NCBI GenBank assembly: GCA_025336685.1 | Contig: GCA_025336685.1_4717.1 | Reading direction: 5' to 3' (one strand) | DNA from: Escherichia coli | GTDB lineage: Bacteria > Pseudomonadota > Gammaproteobacteria > Enterobacterales > Enterobacteriaceae | Length of the DNA stretch: 64,000 nucleotides | Shown: positions 1-9,159 of the stretch, piece after piece | How positions within the stretch are numbered: the stretch's first letter is position 1 | Layout: every line of letters begins with the position of its first letter | Program-made: the position numbers and the translations under genes | Notes under the pieces: model-generated | Databases searched by the model: none | Seen by the model: only the letters and a program-made list of their open reading frames with translations | What the model was told of the DNA's origin: nothing

Positions 1-61
1 TTCCAGTCTTTTACAACAGCAGGAAGTCGGCTATTGTAACCTTCAGGCAATCTCTCAATCA
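1..61 (-). CDS. hypothetical protein, 5' fragment (gene continues beyond window start)
   Basis: ATG at c(59..61) preceded by AGGAG about 9 nt upstream; reads MIERLPEGYNSRLPAVV... to the window edge; ATGA-type overlap with the stop of 55..492. Confidence 0.45.
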
Positions 62-492
62 TCGGTTTCTGCTCCTATATCACGTTTGAGGTCGGCCATC
101 AGTTTTTCATAATGGTCTTTTATCACGTTCGCAATAACGAATTGCACTTTTCTCACTAGCTGCTCATCGGCATCACTGAATGTAAAAAGCTCACACACAT
201 CAATCGGTTGTGATGCACCACCAATACGGTAGGTTTTAGTCGATGCGCGCTCAGCAATGACGGGGAGCGGTTCCACAGCGTTCAGTGCGGTACAGATTTC
301 CGTAACGAGTTCTTGAATGCTGCTTCTGCCTTCGATAATAACAGAACAGCGATAGACATCCACCTCGTTAAGCCGTTCAACGACATCCGCCCTGATTTTG
401 AAATTTCCAATAAGCGAGCTCACCAAAGTGCTATGCCAGTTGTTCACCACCCCGACCAACAGCGGATGATTCTCAAGATCTCTTCTATTCAT
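55..492 (-). CDS. hypothetical protein (145 aa)
   Basis: ORF with ATG start and GGAG RBS 7 nt upstream; no recognisable motif. Confidence 0.6.
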   Translation of the reverse strand: MNRRDLENHPLLVGVVNNWHSTLVSSLIGNFKIRADVVERLNEVDVYRCSVIIEGRSSIQELVTEICTALNAVEPLPVIAERASTKTYRIGGASQPIDVCELFTFSDADEQLVRKVQFVIANVIKDHYEKLMADLKRDIGAETDD

Positions 493-571
493 CAGTTAGC
501 TCCTAAATAGCGCTACAACTAATTTTTAATGGAAGGGAATATGTTTCCCTTCCTTGGGTTAGTTTAATGCG

Positions 572-847
572 TCATGCAGCTTTACAGCTCGCGTAACATA
601 CCAGTGTTCCGTTGTTGATTGCCTCAACAACATCCTGGGTCAGTTTGGTCGCAAGTTTATTATCCGCACTCGGTACGTAATAACCTTCTCCTGTTTCAGT
701 GACTAGGCGATAACGTACTAATCCTACCGCACGCTCGACGCGTAGCACCTTTTCAAGTTTGTGTTTGATGATCTTCGTCAGGCTGACGGCGTCTGATGCG
801 TAGATTGCTTTATAAACCTTGTTCTTTGCTGTCGGTTTCATCAACAT
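572..847 (-). CDS. hypothetical protein (about 91 aa)
   Basis: ORF track gives 572..910; internal ATG (M22) has AAGGAAA RBS and removes the overlap with 870..1703. Confidence 0.5.
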   Translation of the reverse strand: MLMKPTAKNKVYKAIYASDAVSLTKIIKHKLEKVLRVERAVGLVRYRLVTETGEGYYVPSADNKLATKLTQDVVEAINNGTLVCYASCKAA

Positions 848-869
848 GGTTTCTGTTTTCCTTGGTTTA

Positions 870-1703
870 TCACGATGCCAGGTCAGCGATATCCCAATGG
901 GTATAACCAACCTCGCGGATGAGCTCTGCTGTCTCTTCGAACAGTGGGGTAGGGCTAATAACCGGTAACCATTTCCCCTCTCGGGTTATCTTGACTTCGA
1001 CGGTCTGTAAGTTCGTGTTCCAACGAACATCATAAACCAGCGCATAGCCAAGAGGATGAACAAGTCCATCTTGGTTATATGTCTCCAAAAGACCTCGTAC
1101 GTCTTCTTCGTAGGATGTTTTCGACAAGACAGCACGTACTCGTCGCAGCCTCTTCGTGATAACCTTTCCCAGCTCGATGCTCTCCCAGCCTGTCATGACG
1201 CAAGGATTACCATCGCGACGAAGAGACCGAGAAATATAAATAGAATCGTTCGTGGTAAGGTGTACCCACCCAAGATCGCAGTATGCGACAGGTCGTGGTG
1301 ATTCTCCTTCGATAACCGTCGTTTCATCCAACATCGCCACAACACCGCAGTCTGCGAACTCCGGCGATACTTCATCCAGCATCTTAATACGGCTTTCTTG
1401 GCCGGTATGGTCAGGATCGACATGCGCGTAGTAGTAATTAGGCTCTATCGCACGGTATTGCGCAATGCTTCTACGGAAGTCGGTATCCTGCATTCCCAGC
1501 GGGTGGTGATACGCAAGCTGTTGCTTTATACCATCCTTGATTACCAACAGAAGATCTTCGCGATCTGATGCGGGATCCTCCACCACGATGTATTTAACAA
1601 TCGCTTTCAGGTTCTTAACGATGCTATCTGGAAGTTTCTCAATATCCCGCGCATCATAGACACGGTTAACTACAGTGTTTACAAGGTGTTTTGATAAGCT
1701 CAT
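870..1703 (-). CDS. hypothetical protein, paralogue family A (duplicated HPLG motif)
   Basis: 277-aa ORF, ATG start; shares YHHPLGMQD and LVHPLGY...VEVKI...W.P...HWDI.DL blocks with 1781..2638 and 2927..3709. Confidence 0.7.
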   Translation of the reverse strand: MSLSKHLVNTVVNRVYDARDIEKLPDSIVKNLKAIVKYIVVEDPASDREDLLLVIKDGIKQQLAYHHPLGMQDTDFRRSIAQYRAIEPNYYYAHVDPDHTGQESRIKMLDEVSPEFADCGVVAMLDETTVIEGESPRPVAYCDLGWVHLTTNDSIYISRSLRRDGNPCVMTGWESIELGKVITKRLRRVRAVLSKTSYEEDVRGLLETYNQDGLVHPLGYALVYDVRWNTNLQTVEVKITREGKWLPVISPTPLFEETAELIREVGYTHWDIADLAS

Positions 1704-1780
1704 CGATGATCTCTCTTTGTTATTTCTACCGATAACGCGGCATAAGGGGACAATGATGTCCCCGTGTTAGAATCAACTAC

Positions 1781-2638
1781 TTACGGCTTCAAATCCGAAA
1801 TATCCCATCGTACGTAACCTGTACGCTCAATTTCATGAACCAGTTCCTCGGTTTGTTTCTCAACACCGACAACGGGAACCCAATTCAACTGTTGGGTGCG
1901 TTTACCGATGTTAACCTCGACACGCTGCAGATCATCATTCCAACAAACCCCAGCCGGTTTCACAAAACCCAGCGGGTGGATAAAACTAAGATCGTCGCTG
2001 AAATCACGAAGAACGCGCAACGTATCGATGGTTGAAGGGTTATCACAGCGAACAAGGCGTACGCTTTGCAATTTATCGTATACCGCTCGAGCTACACGTT
2101 CATCGCGCCAGTTCGTCATGAATACCGGTTTTATACCACGTTTTAGAAGATGATCGATCTGGATTGCGATGTTATCGTGAACATACATGCAACCCTGTTC
2201 GGTTTCGGTGTTGCAGCCACCGTCCTCTAACCGGTTCGGATACGTCTGATGGTCTACCGTCACAGCAACTCCTTCAGCGAGCGTGGTCAACGGAAGAAGA
2301 CGTTGTAGACTCGTTATTGGATAATCAGGCGACATCCCAGGACGGATATGCGCCATCGTACCCCAACTGTCAGGGAATCCGTGTCGGTATGTGTATTGCC
2401 TGAATACCTCATCCTGCATCCCTAACGGATACCATCGTGCAAGCCGCTGTTGCTCGCCATCCTGAATAACAAAAAGCATTTCTTTGCGATTCGGCCATCG
2501 ATGATGTTCCACGGTCAAGCCATCAACAACCGGTCTTAAGTTGACTTTGATATGCTCGGGAAGTTTATCCACCTCTTCGCGACGGTAAAATCGATCGACG
2601 ACGATGATATCAACCTTCCCGTGATTGAACCAATTCAT
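1781..2638 (-). CDS. hypothetical protein, paralogue family A
   Basis: ORF track 1781..2671; M12 start (MNWFNHGKVDIIVVD) has GAGGGAG RBS, aligns with the paralogue N-terminus and abuts the stop of 2640..2930. Confidence 0.7.
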   Translation of the reverse strand: MNWFNHGKVDIIVVDRFYRREEVDKLPEHIKVNLRPVVDGLTVEHHRWPNRKEMLFVIQDGEQQRLARWYPLGMQDEVFRQYTYRHGFPDSWGTMAHIRPGMSPDYPITSLQRLLPLTTLAEGVAVTVDHQTYPNRLEDGGCNTETEQGCMYVHDNIAIQIDHLLKRGIKPVFMTNWRDERVARAVYDKLQSVRLVRCDNPSTIDTLRVLRDFSDDLSFIHPLGFVKPAGVCWNDDLQRVEVNIGKRTQQLNWVPVVGVEKQTEELVHEIERTGYVRWDISDLKP

Positions 2639-2639
2639 G

Positions 2640-2930
2640 TTAACTCCCTCTGTGGTGCGAAAACAAAACATCTAATTGCTCCCGTTGTTCTTTTAAGTAT
2701 GCGGGAAGCTGGTCTTCCCGTACCGTTCCGATTTCCAACGTGATATACCAGCGTTGTTCGGAAGCCTGCCATTGAAAACTGCTCTGTAACCGCAGGATGC
2801 TAGGATCGTGTACCTTGCTTGCACTGTAACGGTTGAACCAATTCAGGTATCCTGCTTTCCCTTCCTCATCAGCAACGTAACGCTGCACGCTGTTCTTCCC
2901 TTTGTTTTCGTATCCTGTTGCGTGTATCAT
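2640..2930 (-). CDS. hypothetical small protein
   Basis: ORF track 2640..2984; internal ATG (M19) with AGGAGA RBS gives ATGA overlap with the stop of 2927..3709. Confidence 0.5.
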   Translation of the reverse strand: MIHATGYENKGKNSVQRYVADEEGKAGYLNWFNRYSASKVHDPSILRLQSSFQWQASEQRWYITLEIGTVREDQLPAYLKEQREQLDVLFSHHRGS

Positions 2931-3709
2931 GCGAACGTTTCTCCTGTAACGTGTTGTGGGCGTTGTAGCATGGTAGCATCCCATTGTACGATCCGGCTCC
3001 GGCTTACCCGCATCATGACGGATTCATCGTCAAGCCCCGGTTGCGCAACCGGCAACCAACGTTCGTTAAGCACCTTCGCTTCAACCCGTTTCTTGCGTGG
3101 GTTGTAACGCACCTCGCTAACCCAAGCGAATCCAAGCGGATGCACAACCCGTGGATAATACGTGCGAAGCAATTGATGCATCCGATCCAGTACCTCCAAG
3201 CTCGCATCGGCCATGTATGGTTTCACCATGGTAAGCTTTTTGGTGTAATACGTCCCAACGGTATGGTTCGCCCACCCGGGAAGCACGTGATGGAATCCTA
3301 CCTGTAATTGTGTATTGCCGTTCACCTTCAGCCAACCGTATTGTCCAGCCGCACGTCCCTCGTCAGTATCGATCCATGTAAGTATATCGATGAACGCACG
3401 ATCGGTGATCTCGATGCGTTCCACCCGTTCATCCAACGCACCACGTACCACGAATCCGCTCGCGCTCACCCGCGCAGGATGCTGGCTGCGATGCGCGTAC
3501 CAATTCTTGTTGCCGGTAAGCAGGTAAGGGTACGTGTGAGCACCCCGCCAAACAACCGTTCCGTTCGTCCCATCAACACAGTGTACATACATCCCATCTT
3601 GACCGTTGTTGTAGCATGCTACCTTCACGCATTCGTTTTGAACATCGCTCGGTAACGCCAGGTATTCACCTTCGGTAAACATGGTATCAAAAATGATTTC
3701 TTCGTTCAT
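2927..3709 (-). CDS. hypothetical protein, paralogue family A
   Basis: 260-aa ORF, ATG with GAGGA RBS; C-terminal VVHPLGFAWV...VEAKV..RWLPV block shared with family A. Confidence 0.7.
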   Translation of the reverse strand: MNEEIIFDTMFTEGEYLALPSDVQNECVKVACYNNGQDGMYVHCVDGTNGTVVWRGAHTYPYLLTGNKNWYAHRSQHPARVSASGFVVRGALDERVERIEITDRAFIDILTWIDTDEGRAAGQYGWLKVNGNTQLQVGFHHVLPGWANHTVGTYYTKKLTMVKPYMADASLEVLDRMHQLLRTYYPRVVHPLGFAWVSEVRYNPRKKRVEAKVLNERWLPVAQPGLDDESVMMRVSRSRIVQWDATMLQRPQHVTGETFA

Positions 3710-4415
3710 CTAAAAAGATCCTCTGTTTTTCACGTTAATTAAACAACGTATTGATTTCTATTTAACGCAATACGAACATCGTACGTATGCATCATGAAGG
3801 TAATATAGTCGTGAAAGGATTTGCATTAAAGCAAGGGTAATTGTTTTGTTTTAAGAAGGGATGGATGATAGCGGTATCTGAAAGGAGAAGGATTTTAAGG
3901 AAGGTCTTGATTGAAGTAAGTGAAGAGGATGATTATTTCGGTTTAAGTAAGTAGGTAAGTTATCGTGTTATTGTTTTTTGTCTTAATGGTTTTATCGTTT
4001 TATCTGTTGTTTATATAAATCAAATTAAATTATAAAGTCAGTTAAGATGTTGGTTAACAACGTTCAACTCAAAAAACCATTTGTGATACTCTTCTTCACG
4101 TTGTTCATCAGAGTATCTCGTCTATACTCATTGCATTCGTATACGACATAACCGTTATACGCTAACGCTACGCTTATAGCTTGATAACTCTAAGGATAAA
4201 AACATAAACTCGCTTCGCTCGTTTAGTTTTTCTTTTTCTTAGAGTTATCCTGTTGCTCGTCTCTAAAGGACTTCGCTCCTCCCCCGTCCCCCGAAGGGGC
4301 CGAGGTCGTGGAAATTTTACTTTCCAAATACATTTACAACATCTGTAAACTTTTACTCCAGGTACTTAATCTTATCATTAGAAATTATAAAGAGAAGAAT
4401 AAACACAAACATAAA
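3710..4415. promoter_or_regulatory. 700-bp AT-rich non-coding region with short direct repeats
   Basis: No ORF of 60 aa or more; GTAAG/AAGG-type short repeats around 3880..3960; motif GGTAATATAGTCG (about 3798..3812) recurs near 40037; GC-rich inverted repeat around 4273..4312. Confidence 0.4.
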
Positions 4416-4447
4416 CCTTCCTCCAACCCAACAGGGAAGGAGGAAGG
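4416..4447 (-). terminator. conserved hairpin element, copy 1 (variant loop AACA)
   Basis: CCTTCCTCC-AA-CCC-AACA-GGG-AA-GGAGGAAGG immediately 3' of minus gene 4461..5354. Confidence 0.55.
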
Positions 4448-4460
4448 GATACAATGGTTA

Positions 4461-5354
4461 TTATTCGGAAACGTTGTAACCGAACACCGCTTTACCGTAG
4501 GTGTGAGTACCGTCAGCTAATGACAGCACCAGCACGTGGTTGTACGTAGCGTTAACACCCTTGTCGGTAGACTCGGTGGTAGCACCGTTGTAGACGAAAG
4601 TAGCCGTTTGCAGATTGGCTTTCAGCTCGGTGATGATCTCATCACCCACACCCGTCTGCTCTTTGATCAGCGTGGTCAGGTTACCCGCCAGGCTTTCATC
4701 GATCTTGGTTTCATCACTGGTAATAGCTTGTAAACCTGCGGTGTAGGTGCTGAAGTCTAACGGATAGGTTAACAGACGCGCTGAGGTCTTGGTACCATCG
4801 CCTTCATCAACGTAGGTTAACTTACCCAGGTTGGTAACCTTGATGATGTTAGCCAGATCCAGCGTGGTGTTATAAACTTTAACTTCAACGGAACCGTACC
4901 AAGCCAGCGAATCTTCTTTGGCCTGCAGGGTGATCGTCTGGATACCATGATCGTCGAAGGTAACCGGCGTAGCTAACGTATCGGCTTTGATGTCTTTCGT
5001 TTTATCTAAGAACTTCTCACCGGAAGGCGTGATCATACCGTAGCGTTGAGCTACAAGGTCAACCACGTCACCAATAGTGGTGTTAGCATTAACGTTAACG
5101 CGTACGGCGATCTTCTGGAACCACTTAGCCAGATCCAGACGATGATAGGTAACATCGCGGTCATTGAAGTAAGGTGTACCTTCACCAGGGCTAAGCGTTA
5201 AAGTTGCATCTGGAGCAGAATCGCTTTTGGATTTAAGAACGTATTTAAGGTCGGTGGGTTTGAAGTTGGCACCAGTGTCGGCGTTGAGTGTGTTAATCTC
5301 ATCAACGATAAGTTGCCAAGGTGTTTTTAAAGTAAGTGATACTTGAGCTGTCAT
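4461..5354 (-). CDS. hypothetical (probable virion) protein, paralogue family B
   Basis: 297-aa ORF, ATG with GAGGT RBS; shares the (Y/W)YxR(I/V/L)xLxxx aromatic block and overall size with 16415..17320, 18237..19088, 19099..20034. Confidence 0.7.
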   Translation of the reverse strand: MTAQVSLTLKTPWQLIVDEINTLNADTGANFKPTDLKYVLKSKSDSAPDATLTLSPGEGTPYFNDRDVTYHRLDLAKWFQKIAVRVNVNANTTIGDVVDLVAQRYGMITPSGEKFLDKTKDIKADTLATPVTFDDHGIQTITLQAKEDSLAWYGSVEVKVYNTTLDLANIIKVTNLGKLTYVDEGDGTKTSARLLTYPLDFSTYTAGLQAITSDETKIDESLAGNLTTLIKEQTGVGDEIITELKANLQTATFVYNGATTESTDKGVNATYNHVLVLSLADGTHTYGKAVFGYNVSE

Positions 5355-5497
5355 TTTCTACCTCTATGGTTGTTACATCACTCTCAAAAGATGTAAGTGT
5401 TTACAGAAATCAATATATTTTATATTAAATGTGAATATTATGGAGAACGACTCCGACTCTCCTTTTCGACCATCAAAAAATCAGAGGATACATAATC

Positions 5498-6040
5498 ATG
5501 GCCTTAGACTTTAACAAAGCAGCGAAATCCCTTCTGCTTGATCTGATCAACACCAAAGCAACCCGCGCACTGTCCGAAGAAGAACTGCAGTTCGGTACTC
5601 CGGCGGCATCTTCCGAAAATGCTAAGAACACCGTTATCCAGCTGAATGCTGCGGCTGAAGCAGAAAACCTGCAGGGTACTCAGCAGTTCTACTACGATCG
5701 TCTGGCTCTGTCTGACGTTTTCGCTGATGTAACCAGCGATGTTACTTTCGAACTGCCGCACGGTACTGACAGCATTAAGGCTTCTGAGCTGGTAAGCAAG
5801 CTGGTCACCAAGTTCGGTCTGGCTTCCCTGACCGGTGAAATCAATGAAGAAACCTTCCAGCTGTCCGCAGGTACTGTTGGTCAGGTAACCCTGACTGCGA
5901 TCGAGGGTGGTATGGTATATACCGGTACTCTGCAGGTTGCCCTGACCTACGCAGCAGCACCGAAAGACAATCTGGCAACCGTTCTGGCGGATAACGTAGC
6001 TGATGGCTTCGTGAAACCTGAAGTTGCTGTCGTTGGCTAA
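5498..6040 (+). CDS. Ala-rich small protein with strong codon bias (probable abundant structural or decoration protein)
   Basis: 180-aa ORF, ATG with AGAGGA RBS; near-exclusive use of preferred enteric codons (ctg, gaa, ggt, aac, ttc). Confidence 0.75.
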   Translation: MALDFNKAAKSLLLDLINTKATRALSEEELQFGTPAASSENAKNTVIQLNAAAEAENLQGTQQFYYDRLALSDVFADVTSDVTFELPHGTDSIKASELVSKLVTKFGLASLTGEINEETFQLSAGTVGQVTLTAIEGGMVYTGTLQVALTYAAAPKDNLATVLADNVADGFVKPEVAVVG

Positions 6041-6050
6041 TAAACACATA

Positions 6051-6100
6051 GAGCAATAGTATGGGTTTTGTACAGCTCGGCTATTGCTCTTCTACAATTT
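6051..6100 (+). terminator. putative hairpin terminator after 5498..6040
   Basis: 9-bp inverted repeat GAGCAATAG...CTATTGCTC followed by a T-rich stretch, just after the TAATAA stop. Confidence 0.35.
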
Positions 6101-6239
6101 GGTTGTAACAATCTGCGTGGTTGCACGCTTATCTTTCTCATTGAACGCTTCGTATGAAGCGTGGTGTTGAAAGGGTTGTGGATCTCCTCAAGCGGCCAGG
6201 GACCCAGACCAACCTGAATAAACACAAACACATGTTAAG

Positions 6240-6272
6240 CCCCTCCTCAGCCCTTATCGGGTTGGGGAGGGG
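6240..6272. terminator. conserved hairpin element, degenerate copy
   Basis: CCCCTCC-TCAG-CCC-TTATC-GGG-TTGG-GGAGGGG between convergent genes 5498..6040 and 6336..6971. Confidence 0.4.
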
Positions 6273-6335
6273 TCTTATACGTCTTTATACGTTTCGTTCG
6301 TTCTGGTGTGTTTTAGAACGGTTTACAGCAGGGTT

Positions 6336-6971
6336 TTATTCAACACTGAAACCGTTCAAACAGATGGCTTCGTAACGTTTACGTTCACGGCGTTTGCGTG
6401 CCTGCCAACCGTAAATGAACTTCTCGTCTTTCTCACGACGTTCCGCTAATTCGATGTAATAGGTGCTCTGCATGTCCAGCATTGCATCGATGAGATAATC
6501 CTTACCGGTTGCGCCACGCTTAGCGATGTAGGCATCAAGAGCCGCCAGTGTTTTGGGACCCATTGCGCCATCAGCGTCGATATTTTTCCAGTAAGTTTGG
6601 CGGTTGTTCATGACGTTCAGATAACGCTGAAGGTTCTTAACCGGTACGGTTTTGCCTGCGTTGATACCCAGGTCAAAGAGACGATCAGCCAAGAACACGG
6701 AACGTTTCATGACCTCATCAAGCTTCATCTTATCCCAGAAGTGGGTCTTGTAGATGAAGAACGCCATTTCCGTGGTAAGGTTACGCATATTACCGTCCCA
6801 CCCGAATTTCGTTTTCAGCGTGGTTTTGTACTGATCCGCAAGCGCTTTCGTAATGCCGTGGTTCGTGATCCCACCAGAGTCATCGGGATCGTCGACGTAA
6901 CCTGCTTCGATGCTAGTTTTATCACGAATGATAAATTCGCAAGTAAAATCTTTTTCAGTAATCTTGGCCAT
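6336..6971 (-). CDS. endolysin, GH108-type peptidoglycan hydrolase with probable C-terminal PG-binding domain
   Basis: 211-aa ORF, GAGGAG RBS; N-terminal EAGYVDDPDDSGGITNHGIT matches the GH108 EGGYxxDPxDxGGxTxxGIT signature. Confidence 0.75.
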   Translation of the reverse strand: MAKITEKDFTCEFIIRDKTSIEAGYVDDPDDSGGITNHGITKALADQYKTTLKTKFGWDGNMRNLTTEMAFFIYKTHFWDKMKLDEVMKRSVFLADRLFDLGINAGKTVPVKNLQRYLNVMNNRQTYWKNIDADGAMGPKTLAALDAYIAKRGATGKDYLIDAMLDMQSTYYIELAERREKDEKFIYGWQARKRRERKRYEAICLNGFSVE

Positions 6972-7097
6972 TAGAACTCCTCGTTGGAATAACGTTTTAG
7001 AGGAATAGGGAAGCCCTAGAACGCGATAAACGATTTAATCCAGGCAAACACCAGACTAAACTTTTCTAAGCGTTAGAACGCGTTCTAGAGCGCAATA

Positions 7098-9146
7098 TCA
7101 AATACCTTTGGTTCCCTTCACGTGATGTGCAATTTCTTCAACCATTGCACGCAACGCACGAAGCTGCTGGTCGTGTTCGTACCAACCGCCCAACAGAACC
7201 CCGCTATACACCATGGTGTCAAGACTTAACAGTCCTTTATCTGATACGTTGATCATTTCCGGGAACTGTTCTTGAACACGCTGTGCGATGACACCGATCT
7301 TCTCTACATCAGGATCGTAGTTGTGACGGAAACGGGCAAGCCCGCTGCGCGCCATTTCACGTAAACGTTCGCTAAGAGATTCTGGATGGTCTTTCAGGTA
7401 ACGGATGTCATGTTTACTACGCTCATCTGAACGGATGTAAGCGTTAGGAACATCGATGTTACTGTTGAAGTACAGTGCGCTACCACCACCTGCAGAGTTA
7501 CCCCAATAGAAGCGTGTGATCTCCCCACCGCCATTTTCCGTGATGATAACATGTTTACCTAAACGCGTGCCACCATTGCCGTCAACGAAGACCAGTTTGT
7601 TTCCGCTGTAAGAACCCCAGAACAAACGTGTGTCGATGATGTGCGTTGCAGCGAGACGAGCGTTACGCGGTGTAGAATACACGGTGTTAACATCTTGCTG
7701 CGCTTGCGCATCGGAAGCGATACCGTAGTTCTGTACGTTCCCTAAACCTACCTGCGCTTTCGTAACAGCATGTGGGTTATCTCGACGGTTAGCGTGAGCG
7801 TTAACCAGATCGCCCGCCAGTTTTTGAATAGCCCAGTTGGTAGACTGTGGTGTCATGTAACGGTTCGTTGCAGAACCACCTTGCGCCTCAGCTTGGTTAG
7901 CGGTTGGGTAGTTCTCAACGCTTCCTAACCCCACTTGTGCTTTAGACACTTGGTGTGGGTTGTTCTTGTCAGCGATGTGTGCATTAAGCGGAACTAACGC
8001 AAAGGTCTCAATGGACGCTTTGGTTGTGTTCGGTGCCATTAATCGGTTAGCTGCAACACCGGCACGCGCTTCATCCTCAGACGCCATTGGGTAGTCTTGT
8101 ACATTCCCTAACCCAACCTGCGCTTTGGTTACCCTGTGTGGGTTGTTGTAATCGGCTTTATGTGCGTTAAGCGGAATCAATGCGAACTGTTCAATCGCTG
8201 CAACGGTACGCAACGGCGTCATGAAACGGTTGTTCGCGGTTCCGCCCTTCGCCTCGCTATCCGAAGCGGTAGGGAAGTTATCAACGTTCCCAAGGTTAAC
8301 CTGCGCTTTGGTGACGCTATGCGGGTTATCTTTACGGTTAGCGTGAGCATCGACTAGGTCACCAGCCAGTTTAGCGATTGCCCATCCAACCGTTTGTGCG
8401 GTCATGTACCGATCAGGTGCGGTACCGGCTTCTGACTCCGCCTTGTTTGCGGTAGGGTAGTTCTGTACGTTACCTAGTCCAACTTGGGCTTTGGTGGTTT
8501 CGTGTGGGTTATCGGTACGGTTAGCATGCGCGTAATGCAGATCGGTAAGATTTTTATCCGCTGCTTGCATGTCTTTGCGTAACTGATCGATTGCTGCCCA
8601 GAGACGGTTATCGGACGCAGCGTCGCCGATAAGTATCGCGGCTTTCAGTGAATAGATCGCTAAGCAAAGATGTTCGGTACCGTAGATAGCACTAACGTGG
8701 TGGATGTGTGGTTCAGGCGGATAAAGTTCCGGTTTGTTCTTGATGTCGTCCCAGTTGATCGGACGATCGTCAAGTTTGAGTTCTTCGATAGCCTGATATA
8801 ACGCGTCAATAAGACTTACGTAAACACCACCGATGATACGATAGTCGTTAACTAACGTACCCTCGATGTCATCGTTGATGATGGCGATAGCCGCACAGAT
8901 TTCTTTACCGGCGTAAAGCGTAGCGTCCTGATACAAGAAGATGGGTTTGTAGTCCACGCCTCGCACCAGTGTCTTACCGGTAAGCTTTTCAGTGATGACC
9001 AGACTTTCGGTGAAGAACGGTCCGCCGTCGAGGGCGTAACATTTATTCTCGGTTCGTGGAACGGTGTGCTCTTCACCAACGATGTGGTTGCTATCGAGCG
9101 TGCCGGTCCAGTCCTCGGGGTACTTCAGGGTAATTGGTGTTGACAT
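7098..9146 (-). CDS. tail fibre protein with C-terminal intramolecular-chaperone (S74-like) autoprocessing domain
   Basis: 682 aa; at least 4 tandem repeats of about 40 aa (NPHxVTKAQVGLGNVxNY...); C-terminal SDERSKHDIRYL matches the SDxRxK chaperone motif; N-terminus paralogous to 12825..14978. Confidence 0.8.
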   Translation of the reverse strand: MSTPITLKYPEDWTGTLDSNHIVGEEHTVPRTENKCYALDGGPFFTESLVITEKLTGKTLVRGVDYKPIFLYQDATLYAGKEICAAIAIINDDIEGTLVNDYRIIGGVYVSLIDALYQAIEELKLDDRPINWDDIKNKPELYPPEPHIHHVSAIYGTEHLCLAIYSLKAAILIGDAASDNRLWAAIDQLRKDMQAADKNLTDLHYAHANRTDNPHETTKAQVGLGNVQNYPTANKAESEAGTAPDRYMTAQTVGWAIAKLAGDLVDAHANRKDNPHSVTKAQVNLGNVDNFPTASDSEAKGGTANNRFMTPLRTVAAIEQFALIPLNAHKADYNNPHRVTKAQVGLGNVQDYPMASEDEARAGVAANRLMAPNTTKASIETFALVPLNAHIADKNNPHQVSKAQVGLGSVENYPTANQAEAQGGSATNRYMTPQSTNWAIQKLAGDLVNAHANRRDNPHAVTKAQVGLGNVQNYGIASDAQAQQDVNTVYSTPRNARLAATHIIDTRLFWGSYSGNKLVFVDGNGGTRLGKHVIITENGGGEITRFYWGNSAGGGSALYFNSNIDVPNAYIRSDERSKHDIRYLKDHPESLSERLREMARSGLARFRHNYDPDVEKIGVIAQRVQEQFPEMINVSDKGLLSLDTMVYSGVLLGGWYEHDQQLRALRAMVEEIAHHVKGTKGI

Positions 9147-9159
9147 AACCTGGAGGTCC

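Noticed and set aside
3710-4460. tRNA genes in the AT-rich gap and other intergenic regions
   Set aside because: No cloverleaf-compatible sequence with a GTTCRANYC-type T-loop was seen; all intergenic regions are short or lack tRNA-like structure
5504-6049. 181-aa minus-strand ORF fully overlapping 5498..6040
   Set aside because: The plus-strand frame has optimal codon usage and a strong RBS; the minus ORF is Cys/Gln-rich and best explained as a shadow ORF
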